From a virus (lineage: Duplodnaviria > Caudoviricetes): a stretch of DNA of 64,000 bases. The stretch is from positions 32,001 to 96,000 of the IMG/VR virus record IMGVR_UViG_3300023179_000027, one strand, 5' to 3'. Below the pieces are notes generated by a model. The model was not told the DNA's origin. It saw only the letters and a list, made by a program, of their open reading frames with translations, and did not search any database. Both the position numbers and the translations under genes were made by a program. Of this stretch, positions 9,386 through 17,347 are shown piece by piece; within the stretch, counting starts at the first letter, position 1, and each line of letters opens with the position of its first letter.

Positions 9386-9817
9386 ATGAAACTTGACAAA
9401 ACATTGCTGAAAAATGTTTGTGTTATCGCTAATTTTGATAAACCAAAAAAGAATTTACAATTGGTACAAGAATTGTTTAGGTTGATGAATAAAGAACAAG
9501 GTATAGGATTAGCAGCGAACCAAGCAGGAGTTAATTTGCGTGTTTTTGTTATGTTAGTAAATGATAAACCTTACCATTGTTTTAATCCTAAAATATTAGA
9601 ATATGGTAACGAAAAAGTATCATTCAATGAAGGATGTTTAAGTTTCCCAAATGAACGTTGTGAAATTATTAGACCAGATAGAATACAAGTTAAATATCAT
9701 AGTGCATATGGTGTTGAAACTATTGAGTGGTTAGATGGGCTAGCCAGTCGTTGTTTTCAGCATGAGTTAGACCATTTAAATGGATTAACGATGCATGACA
9801 GAATTACGCCCCGGTGA
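9386..9817 (+). CDS. def: Peptide deformylase
   Basis: GIGLAANQ, EGCLS, QHELDHLNG; stop codon lies inside the downstream tRNA. Confidence 0.95.
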   Translation: MKLDKTLLKNVCVIANFDKPKKNLQLVQELFRLMNKEQGIGLAANQAGVNLRVFVMLVNDKPYHCFNPKILEYGNEKVSFNEGCLSFPNERCEIIRPDRIQVKYHSAYGVETIEWLDGLASRCFQHELDHLNGLTMHDRITPR

Positions 9818-9884
9818 CGGAATTGGCATACGTGCATGACTTAGGATCATGATTTTAGGAGTTCGACTCTCCTCTGGGGCACCA
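9808..9884 (+). tRNA. tRNA-Leu(TAG) without long variable arm
   Basis: CATGA-CT-TAG-GA-TCATG; 5-nt variable loop; A73; CCA. Confidence 0.9.
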
Positions 9885-9900
9885 AATAACAGGATTTTGA

Positions 9901-10533
9901 ATGGCAAATGGAATTTATAAAATAACTGAAGAATTTGAGAAAGCTATTTCAGATTATACTGGTGCACCTTATGCTATTACAGTTGATAATCAAAGTAACG
10001 CATTATTTTTGGCATTAATGTACATTGGTGTAAAAGATCAAACAATTACTATTCCAAGCAGAACTTATCCTAGTGTTCCTTGCGAAATCATTCATGCAGG
10101 GGCTAAAGTAAAATTTAGTCCTGTAGAAGGAAAAACTATTAAAGGTGCATATCGTTTAGAACCTACACCAGTTTGGGACAGTGCTTTACGCTTTACTTGT
10201 GACATGTATATACCTAAACAGTATATGTGTTTAAGTTTTACTGGCCCATACAAACACTTTAAGTTAAGTAAAGGTGGTTGTATACTAACTGATAATTATG
10301 AGGCAATGTTATGGTTTAAACGTGCTAGATTTAGTGGTCGTCGTGAGTGTAGTTATCATGAGGATCATTTTGACATGTTAGGTTGGAATTTTTACATGAT
10401 GCCTGAATTAGCAGCACGTGGGTTATTATTGATGAATCAGTTTTATAATTCTAGTGATGGCAGCAAAAAACATAATGAAGATATAGAACATGCTTATCCT
10501 GATTTAAGCAAGTTTGAGGTTTACAAAAAATGA
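9901..10533 (+). CDS. DegT-family PLP aminotransferase, short form
   Basis: DNQSNALFLAL, TYPSVP, WDSA, SFTGPYKH, GGCILTD, GWNFYM. Confidence 0.75.
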   Translation: MANGIYKITEEFEKAISDYTGAPYAITVDNQSNALFLALMYIGVKDQTITIPSRTYPSVPCEIIHAGAKVKFSPVEGKTIKGAYRLEPTPVWDSALRFTCDMYIPKQYMCLSFTGPYKHFKLSKGGCILTDNYEAMLWFKRARFSGRRECSYHEDHFDMLGWNFYMMPELAARGLLLMNQFYNSSDGSKKHNEDIEHAYPDLSKFEVYKK

Positions 10534-11129
10534 AGTATATTGTTTTTGGTTCGGGTGGATTTGCAAAAGAGGTTATAGGTTACATAGAAAGTGATAATCA
10601 TGAAATCGTTGCAGTTGTGAGTACACAGCCTTTTAATTGTGAAAGTTATAACAAATATAAAGTTTATGAAAAATTAGACAAAGGTATGTTTCCTGATGCA
10701 AAATTTATAATGGCTGTAGGTGATATTAATATTAAAAAAATATTTGTAGAACAAAATGAAAACCGTTGGGGAAATTTTATTCATAGTTCATGTCATGTTT
10801 CTAATCATGCGAAATTAGGTAACGGAATCGTAATGTGTCCTTTTAGTTCTATATTAGGAGATGCCATAGTAGGAGATTTTGTAACATTTAATGTATATTC
10901 ATGCGTTGCACACGATAATAAAATAGGTGATTACGTTACTTTTAGTCCACATTGTGGTACAATGGGTAATTGTGAAATAGGCAATGAATGTTTTTTTGGT
11001 ACTGCTGCCTATTGCATACCAAAAGTAAAATTAGCAGATAAAATTAAAGTTAGTGCTGGATCAATGGTAAGACATTCATATTCAAGCGAATGTACACTTT
11101 TAGGTAATCCCGCTAAACCTCGTACTTAA
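10530..11129 (+). CDS. Sugar acetyltransferase, PglD/NeuD family
   Basis: N-terminal GSGGFAKE, hexapeptide repeats, AHD, GNPAK. Confidence 0.85.
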   Translation: MKYIVFGSGGFAKEVIGYIESDNHEIVAVVSTQPFNCESYNKYKVYEKLDKGMFPDAKFIMAVGDINIKKIFVEQNENRWGNFIHSSCHVSNHAKLGNGIVMCPFSSILGDAIVGDFVTFNVYSCVAHDNKIGDYVTFSPHCGTMGNCEIGNECFFGTAAYCIPKVKLADKIKVSAGSMVRHSYSSECTLLGNPAKPRT

Positions 11130-11130
11130 T

Positions 11131-12480
11131 ATGATTATTCCTAGTTTAGAATCACTTAATATTGTTGAAAATATTGCTATTACGATGAAAGAAAAAACTT
11201 TTCATCATCATTATCATTTACTATTGGATATAGCAAATACTTATCCAAAAGATTATAGACTTACTTATTTAGAAATAGGAGCATATGCGGGAGGATCTGC
11301 TTGTTTAATGATGCATAGACCACATACTGATGTTATTAGTATAGATTTAGGTTGGCCTATAGATCCTGAAATTGTATTAAAAAATGTTTGGCAATTTAAT
11401 AAACATCAAAATTCCTATAGCTATATAAAAGGTGACTCAAAATCTGATGATGTAAAAAATAGAGTTAAAAATGTAAAGGCAGATATTTTGTTTATTGACG
11501 GTGATCATAGTTATATGGGTGTTTGGAACGATTTTTTAAATTACAGGCATCTTGTTAATAATGGTGGCTATATAGTTTTTGATGATTACAATGATCATAT
11601 GCATAGTCCAATGGTAAAATCAGCAGTTGATCATATTTGTAACTTAATTACAGATGATTTTGAAATCATTGGAACATTTAGTAATATATTTAATGCAAAA
11701 GGCGACACAAATGAAGCTAAAGACGGTAATTGTTTTGTAATAAGAAAAAAAGATAAATTACCTGGATTTGATATTCCTATTGCAATCTGTATAGCAACTT
11801 ATTATAAAGAAGATGGATCAACAATAAAATTATTAGAAAAAACGTTAGATAGTGTTTTTAATCAAACTTATAAAAATTTTAAAGTATTTTTGTATGGAGA
11901 TCATTATACTAAAGAAGACCAAGTGGTAGAACTTATTAAAAAATATCCTAGTGATAAAATAATTTTTAAGAATATACCTTATGCTAGAGAACGTCAGCTT
12001 CATAAAGATAAAAAAACTCTTTGGAAGTATGGTGGAGTTAATACGGTTAATAAAGCTATAGATTATGCTATAGACTGTGGGTATTCATATGTTGCACGTT
12101 TAGATCATGACGATTTATGGGAGAACAATCATTTACAAGAAATCGTTAATTGTGTTGAAATTACCGGAGCAGATTTTATTTGTACAAGGGCAAAGCATGT
12201 AACAGGATTTACATTGCCTATTATTTTTGAAACTCTAGAAAAATATGTTAAATTTTATCCAATTTATAACCAAATCGTTCATTCTAGTGTATGTATGAAT
12301 TTTGCAAAGATCCCGTTACGTTATAGAGATTTGTGGCTTGATAATGGTTCCATAGATAGCAAAACATTGCCTGGTGATGGTGATATGTGGGAACGTTGTC
12401 GCAAATACATGATAAGTAATAGTTTACGCAGTGTATGTATTAATAAAGTTACATGCATTCATGACACGGAGACAACTTGA
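11131..12480 (+). CDS. Class I methyltransferase fused to a GT2 glycosyltransferase
   Basis: LEIGAYAGGS, FIDGDHSY, GGYIVFDDY; then ATY...SVFNQTY, RLDHDDLW. Confidence 0.8.
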   Translation: MIIPSLESLNIVENIAITMKEKTFHHHYHLLLDIANTYPKDYRLTYLEIGAYAGGSACLMMHRPHTDVISIDLGWPIDPEIVLKNVWQFNKHQNSYSYIKGDSKSDDVKNRVKNVKADILFIDGDHSYMGVWNDFLNYRHLVNNGGYIVFDDYNDHMHSPMVKSAVDHICNLITDDFEIIGTFSNIFNAKGDTNEAKDGNCFVIRKKDKLPGFDIPIAICIATYYKEDGSTIKLLEKTLDSVFNQTYKNFKVFLYGDHYTKEDQVVELIKKYPSDKIIFKNIPYARERQLHKDKKTLWKYGGVNTVNKAIDYAIDCGYSYVARLDHDDLWENNHLQEIVNCVEITGADFICTRAKHVTGFTLPIIFETLEKYVKFYPIYNQIVHSSVCMNFAKIPLRYRDLWLDNGSIDSKTLPGDGDMWERCRKYMISNSLRSVCINKVTCIHDTETT

Positions 12481-13259
12481 ATAAAATACCTGTGATCGGT
12501 ACAGCTATTGTTAATACTGTAAGTTGGTTAGAAAAACTTATTGCCAGTGTAAATTATCCAACTGAAAATTTTGTTATTATTAATAATAATGGGCGTGGAC
12601 AATTAACCGATGATATTAATTCATTGTGTAATAAACCACATCCTTATATACAAAACTTTCATCCTGTACATTTGCCACGTAATATTGGATGTTCTGGAGC
12701 TTGGAATTTAATTATTAAGTTGTTTATGAATAGTCCATATTGGATTATAACAAATCACGATGTTGAATTTACTGAAGGTTTTTTAGATAAAATGGTAAGT
12801 TTAGCGAGTGACCCAATCTATGGTATGGTGCATGGACATGGTGGGCCTACAAGTTTTATGGGTGGCTATAGTTTATTTTTAATACGTGATTGGGTTGTGC
12901 GAGATTTTGGTTTATTTGATGAGAACTTTTATCCTGGTTATGCAGAAGATACTGATTATGAAATGCGTTTTTTGATAAAGCCTATTAAACGTCATTTATC
13001 AGTAGGAATACCATATAAGCATGGTGGCACTTTTGAGTATGGGATAAGCGGGTCACAAACATGGCGCCAAGATATGACATTAAAAGACAAAATTGATCAT
13101 GGTCGTTATATAAATGAGTTAGAGTATATGACTAAAAAATGGGGACCAAATTGGAGAAATTGTCAACCATGGGAGTTCCCATTTAATATACAAGGCAATC
13201 CTATTAGTGCTACCAGTTATGATTTAAGTTTTGTTCGACGAAAAAATTTAGGATTCTAA
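12477..13259 (+). CDS. GT2-like glycosyltransferase
   Basis: NIGCSGAWN, NHDV, GLFDENFYPGYAEDTDY. Confidence 0.75.
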   Translation: MNKIPVIGTAIVNTVSWLEKLIASVNYPTENFVIINNNGRGQLTDDINSLCNKPHPYIQNFHPVHLPRNIGCSGAWNLIIKLFMNSPYWIITNHDVEFTEGFLDKMVSLASDPIYGMVHGHGGPTSFMGGYSLFLIRDWVVRDFGLFDENFYPGYAEDTDYEMRFLIKPIKRHLSVGIPYKHGGTFEYGISGSQTWRQDMTLKDKIDHGRYINELEYMTKKWGPNWRNCQPWEFPFNIQGNPISATSYDLSFVRRKNLGF

Positions 13260-13263
13260 ATAC

Positions 13264-13289
13264 AAAGGTTAGTTTACTAACCTTTTTTT
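13264..13289 (+). terminator. Intrinsic terminator
   Basis: AGGTTAG/CTAACCT stem followed by T run. Confidence 0.7.
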
Positions 13290-13317
13290 ATTGCTGGAAA
13301 ATCAAAAAGGAGATATT

Positions 13318-13485
13318 ATGAAGCAATTAGTATTTGAAAACATTATTAATGGTGAAAAGTATGTATGTCCAGCAAAATCTGAGACAAGAACCATTGATGG
13401 GATAGATTACATTAGAGTTTTTAAAATGGGCACTAATCGAGAAGTCCTTATAAGAAAGGACACATTACGTAAGGTAAAACAATAG
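13318..13485 (+). CDS. Small hypothetical protein
   Basis: AGGAG RBS before ATG 13318. Confidence 0.55.
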   Translation: MKQLVFENIINGEKYVCPAKSETRTIDGIDYIRVFKMGTNREVLIRKDTLRKVKQ

Positions 13486-13494
13486 GAGGTTAAA

Positions 13495-14055
13495 ATGTCA
13501 GTACTAGCCCTTGACGTTACAGGAATTCCAAGACAGTGGATCAGCTATGATAATGCTATAACATATCATGCTAAAAAAGCAGTTTCTTGGACAATGGGTG
13601 ACATTGTGGCTAGATACCGCGGTGGTCATCAGAAAACTGGTGAACTTAGTTACATTGAAACTACTAGCATTATAGCTATAAAAGGCCATGGATTCGATCC
13701 ATATAAACATGGTAGAGTATCATTAAGCAATCGTACCTTGTTTGGACGAGATCGAAACACTTGTGCTTATTGTGGAAAGCATTTCGCTAATCATAATCAA
13801 TTAAGCCGTGATCACATTGTCCCAAAAAGTAAAGGTGGCAAAAACGAATGGATGAATGTAGTTACTGCATGTAAAAAATGTAATAGCGAAAAAGGTAATC
13901 ATACTTTGAAAGAAGCTAGAATGGAAATATTGTATGTGCCATATGTTCCAAATCATTTTGAAAACATGATATTGCAAAATCGCAATATCCTAACAGACCA
14001 AATGAATTATTTATTAGCTGGAATACCTAAACATAGTAGGTTAATTTTGTCTTAA
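13495..14055 (+). CDS. HNH endonuclease
   Basis: RDRNTCAYCG...DHIVPKSKGG...NVVTACKKCNSEKG. Confidence 0.9.
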   Translation: MSVLALDVTGIPRQWISYDNAITYHAKKAVSWTMGDIVARYRGGHQKTGELSYIETTSIIAIKGHGFDPYKHGRVSLSNRTLFGRDRNTCAYCGKHFANHNQLSRDHIVPKSKGGKNEWMNVVTACKKCNSEKGNHTLKEARMEILYVPYVPNHFENMILQNRNILTDQMNYLLAGIPKHSRLILS

Positions 14056-14083
14056 AAATATATACAAACTTCTGACAAAAAAC

Positions 14084-14112
14084 TTGACAAAAAACCTGTC
14101 TTAGTGTATTAT
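14084..14112 (+). promoter_or_regulatory. sigma70 promoter for a tRNA sub-cluster
   Basis: TTGACA-17-TATTAT. Confidence 0.75.
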
Positions 14113-14128
14113 CTGTAAATAGATTAAC

Positions 14129-14204
14129 GCTGCATTAGCTCATTCGGTAGAGCAACTGCCTTGTAAGCAGTAGGTGCCCAGTTCGAATCCGGGATGCAGC
14201 ACCA
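14129..14204 (+). tRNA. tRNA-Thr(TGT)
   Basis: ACTGC-CT-TGT-AA-GCAGT; CCA. Confidence 0.95.
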
Positions 14205-14210
14205 AGCTAT

Positions 14211-14286
14211 TCACCGATAGCTCAGTTGGTAGAGCGCCGGACTGTTAATCCGTCGGTCCCTGGTTCGAGCCCAGGTCGGTGAGCCA
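14211..14286 (+). tRNA. tRNA-Asn(GTT)
   Basis: CCGGA-CT-GTT-AA-TCCGT; CCA. Confidence 0.95.
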
Positions 14287-14297
14287 AGGTTCGTATT

Positions 14298-14374
14298 CTG
14301 ACCGTAGCTCAGTAGGATAGAGCAATGGATTTCTAATCCATTGGTCGGGGGTTCGAATCCCTCCGGTCAGGCCA
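14298..14374 (+). tRNA. tRNA-Arg(TCT)
   Basis: ATGGA-TT-TCT-AA-TCCAT; CCA. Confidence 0.95.
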
Positions 14375-14388
14375 TTATTATATACTAT

Positions 14389-15036
14389 ATGTTTACAATT
14401 TACAATTTATTTTATACCCCAGTCATAAAAGTTAAAGTTAATCCAACTTCTTTTGATAAAAAGACTATTCTTAATACAGTAATTAAAAATTACAGGAAAC
14501 AACCATTTCGTAATAAGCATGATACTCAAAGTAAATTACACCATTATTATAATGATTGGGATAATGAAAAATTTGATAAGGTAGATTTAAGTAGTTTGGT
14601 TAATGTTTATGATGAGATTTTTAAAAATTTAGTTTCAAACATTCCTAACAAAGCACCTATCTCTTATCAATTTGAAATTGAAAACATTACAGTTATGAAG
14701 AATAAGAGCAATGATTTTAAAAAACATAATCATTTAAATGGAAATATATATTTTGCTTGTGTACACTATATTAGTGTTGGAAAAAATAGTGCGCCATTAA
14801 GACTCCATAATCCTTTACCTTTATATGATTATCTTCCTAAGGAGTTAAATACATTAAGGGATAGCAAATTCGATATTAAAAACCCATTTCATAGCTTAGT
14901 TTGTAGTCATTATGATATAATTGTAGAAGAAGATGATATGATAATTATACCTAGTTTTCTTTTACATAGTGTTTCACAAGAAGAAAACGATACCAAACAT
15001 AGAGTTGCTATTGCTACAAATTTAAGTTTAATGTAA
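14389..15036 (+). CDS. Putative 2OG-Fe(II) oxygenase
   Basis: HNH...VHY...IIPSFLLHSV...RVAIATN; start moved downstream of the tRNA. Confidence 0.7.
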   Translation: MFTIYNLFYTPVIKVKVNPTSFDKKTILNTVIKNYRKQPFRNKHDTQSKLHHYYNDWDNEKFDKVDLSSLVNVYDEIFKNLVSNIPNKAPISYQFEIENITVMKNKSNDFKKHNHLNGNIYFACVHYISVGKNSAPLRLHNPLPLYDYLPKELNTLRDSKFDIKNPFHSLVCSHYDIIVEEDDMIIIPSFLLHSVSQEENDTKHRVAIATNLSLM

Positions 15037-15045
15037 TTAATATTT

Positions 15046-15123
15046 CTCGGATTAGTTCAGTTTGGTTAGAATGCCTGCTTTGGGAGCAGGAGGTCGTGAG
15101 TTCGAATCCCACATCCGAGACCA
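15046..15123 (+). tRNA. tRNA-Pro(TGG)
   Basis: CCTGC-TT-TGG-GA-GCAGG; CCA. Confidence 0.95.
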
Positions 15124-15130
15124 AATATTT

Positions 15131-15206
15131 GGACGTTTAGCTCAGTTGGTAGAGCGGTGCCCTTACAAGGCATAGGTCGGCAGTTCGAACCTGTCATCGT
15201 CCACCA
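15131..15206 (+). tRNA. tRNA-Val(TAC)
   Basis: GTGCC-CT-TAC-AA-GGCAT; CCA. Confidence 0.95.
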
Positions 15207-15211
15207 AATTT

Positions 15212-15784
15212 ATGCAGAAAATATCAGACCTTATAACAGTTGTTGACAATTTTGTAGACAAGAGTTTTTGTAAAAAAACCTACAATTTTTTATTAGGTAA
15301 GACAAATTGTCCTTATTATAATGATAACAATATGCCATGGTTCATTGGAAACAATGTTTTTTATTATAATATTGATAACAAAGCTCTTAATAAAAAAGTA
15401 ATTGAAATAAACTACAGTGTAGCAGAGTTGTTAACAACTATCCACAAGGTACAAGTTTATCCACATTTTTGTGATTTAGTACTATGGCGTGAAGGGCAAA
15501 GCATGGAGAGACATGTAGATGATGGCTCCAACTCTAATAATAGAGAAGATTTAAATATGCGTAAATATTCTGCAATTTTATATCTTAATGATGATTATAT
15601 TGGGGGTAAAACTTTTATCAAAGTTACAAATGAAACTGATTACTTTTCTGTTCCAAAGACAGGAACATTGGTTATGTTTACAGGAGACTCTAGGTCTGCT
15701 CATGGAGTAACTAAAATAGAAAAGGGTAACAGGGGAACTATTGCAATGTGGTTTTGCACTGATAAGCAGTTTTGCCAAATGTAG
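15212..15784 (+). CDS. 2OG-Fe(II) oxygenase, prolyl-4-hydroxylase-like
   Basis: HVD, YLNDDYIGG, HGV, R..IAMWF. Confidence 0.85.
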   Translation: MQKISDLITVVDNFVDKSFCKKTYNFLLGKTNCPYYNDNNMPWFIGNNVFYYNIDNKALNKKVIEINYSVAELLTTIHKVQVYPHFCDLVLWREGQSMERHVDDGSNSNNREDLNMRKYSAILYLNDDYIGGKTFIKVTNETDYFSVPKTGTLVMFTGDSRSAHGVTKIEKGNRGTIAMWFCTDKQFCQM

Positions 15785-15794
15785 CAATTAAAAT

Positions 15795-15854
15795 TTGACA
15801 ATAAATTGTAGTTCGTATATAATGCTTGTATTCTGTAGTAAACGATCTTTAAAA
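15795..15854 (+). promoter_or_regulatory. sigma70 promoter plus boxA-like site
   Basis: TTGACA-17-TATAAT (15795-15823); CGATCTTTAAAA at 15843-15854. Confidence 0.75.
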
Positions 15855-15872
15855 GTTGAAGTACAAAGTTTT

Positions 15873-15958
15873 GCCCGTATGGTGAAATCGGTAGACACAA
15901 GGGACTTAAAATCCCTCGCTTAACAGGCGTGCTGGTTCGAGTCCGGCTACGGGCACCA
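15873..15958 (+). tRNA. tRNA-Leu(TAA)
   Basis: AGGGA-CT-TAA-AA-TCCCT; long variable arm; CCA. Confidence 0.95.
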
Positions 15959-15967
15959 TTTTTGAAG

Positions 15968-16231
15968 TATCCCCGGCCCTACGCCGGTCAGTAAGTAGGC
16001 GGTTGGACTTACGTTAGTAGTCTAGGTTAGCTCAACGACCTCCCTTCGGGCCTTTCATCCGGTGTGGTAAATGTTGAGATGTGATTGGCCTTCAGACGAA
16101 CAGGCACGGACAGGGTAACAACTCAAGTTGGGGCTTGTGGGAACAAGTAGCCGACACTATATTCAAGCACATTAAGCAGATGTAAGTCGTCCGTTTAGGC
16201 GCAGTTGTAAGTCTTAGTGTGTTTCAATATG
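15968..16231 (+). ncRNA. Candidate multi-helix structured ncRNA followed by a long stem
   Basis: GC-rich, ORF-free; pseudoknot CCTAC/GTAGG, cUUCGg and GGGA tetraloops, 18/19-bp stem 16158-16231. Confidence 0.55.
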
Positions 16232-16253
16232 ATGAAAGTATAAGTTAAATATT

Positions 16254-16715
16254 ATGAAAAAATTGAATATTCCTGTAACAATGTTAGGTCCTGCGAGGCA
16301 GTGTGGTACTTGTACTGCATGTTGTGAAGGTTGGTTAGAAGGTGAAGCATACGGGTATAACTTTTTTTCAGGAAAAATGTGTCACTATAAAGGCGAAAAC
16401 AATTGTACTATTTATAAAAATCGCCCTGAAGAACCTTGTAAAACTTATAAGTGCGAATGGTTAGTAAACCATAGTATACCAGAATGGATGAAGCCTAGCT
16501 TATCAAAGGTTATCATAACTAAACGTCTAAAAAAAGGTATAACTTATCTTGAAGTTATAGAAGCAGGGCAAAAAATAGATAGCACTGTATTAAATTGGCT
16601 TTTCGTAGAGCATTTAAAGGGTACTATTCCTAATCTTGCATACAAAGTAAACAATGGTCAAAATTATTTAGGAAGTCAAGATTTCATAGAGATGGTACAG
16701 CAGGTTGACAATTAA
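16254..16715 (+). CDS. CxxCxxCC (YkgJ-like) Zn/Fe-S binding protein
   Basis: CGTCTACC...C..Y..RP..PC..Y.C; paralog of 19557-20027. Confidence 0.7.
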   Translation: MKKLNIPVTMLGPARQCGTCTACCEGWLEGEAYGYNFFSGKMCHYKGENNCTIYKNRPEEPCKTYKCEWLVNHSIPEWMKPSLSKVIITKRLKKGITYLEVIEAGQKIDSTVLNWLFVEHLKGTIPNLAYKVNNGQNYLGSQDFIEMVQQVDN

Positions 16716-16784
16716 TCAGTCATCACATATAATGCTTGTATTGAATGACTTGTACGCAAGTTAACACTTAAATGTTCATTAACA
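16705..16784 (+). promoter_or_regulatory. sigma70 promoter, small hairpin and boxA-like site
   Basis: TTGACA-17-TATAAT (16705-16733); ACTTG-TACG-CAAGT 16748-16761; TGTTCATTAACA 16773-16784. Confidence 0.75.
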
Positions 16785-16801
16785 ATTGATGTACACATTT
16801 T

Positions 16802-16876
16802 GCACCGTTCGACTATCGGTTAGGTCGTTACCCTTTCAAGGTAAAAAGATGGGTTCGACTCCCATACGGTGTACCA
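16802..16876 (+). tRNA. tRNA-Glu(TTC)
   Basis: TTACC-CT-TTC-AA-GGTAA; CCA. Confidence 0.95.
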
Positions 16877-16933
16877 TTTTTATTTATTTTAATGAGTAAA
16901 GTTGCCAGTAAAACATATAAAATAATTATAAAT

Positions 16934-17008
16934 GCGGGTATAGCTCAGAGGAAGAGCAAATGGCTTTTAACCATTAGGTCGTAGGTTCGATCCCTGCTAC
17001 CCGTACCA
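16934..17008 (+). tRNA. tRNA-Lys(TTT)
   Basis: AATGG-CT-TTT-AA-CCATT; CCA. Confidence 0.95.
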
Positions 17009-17014
17009 AACAAA

Positions 17015-17102
17015 GGGTGTTGCCCCCGTCGGCGGACTGTAAATCCGTTACTCTAAGAGATGGGAAGTTGAGTTCGTGGAGCGTTACCATCAACACCCAC
17101 CA
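17015..17102 (+). tRNA. Non-canonical tRNA-Tyr(GTA)-like gene lacking a normal D-arm
   Basis: GGGTGTT/AACACCC-A-CCA acceptor; GCGGA-CT-GTA-AA-TCCGT; only ~9 nt in place of the D-arm. Confidence 0.75.
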
Positions 17103-17108
17103 AACAAT

Positions 17109-17182
17109 CGCGGGTTGTAGAAATGGCATCTAACCAGTCTCATAAGCTGGAGTTGGGGGTTCGACTCCCTCACCCGCAACCA
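17109..17182 (+). tRNA. tRNA-Met(CAT), initiator-like
   Basis: C1xA72 mismatch, A11-U24; CCAGT-CT-CAT-AA-GCTGG; CCA. Confidence 0.85.
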
Positions 17183-17272
17183 AGATGCACAGTCTCGCTT
17201 TACGCTGTGGCAGGATGGCCTCTCAGACTGCGACTAGAGTCCTACTTGCAAGGTTGGACATAGCACAAATTT

Positions 17273-17347
17273 GGTTCCATAGTATAGTGGTAAGTATAGG
17301 GCACTGTCACTGCCCAGGCAGGAGTTCAATTCTCCTTGGGACCGCCA
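17273..17347 (+). tRNA. tRNA-Asp(GTC)
   Basis: GGGCA-CT-GTC-AC-TGCCC; G73; CCA. Confidence 0.95.

Noticed and set aside
15968-16231. tmRNA, RNase P RNA or group I intron identity for the GC-rich segment
   Set aside because: No tRNA-Ala-like ends, no GGAAAGUCC motif and no recognisable P7 core
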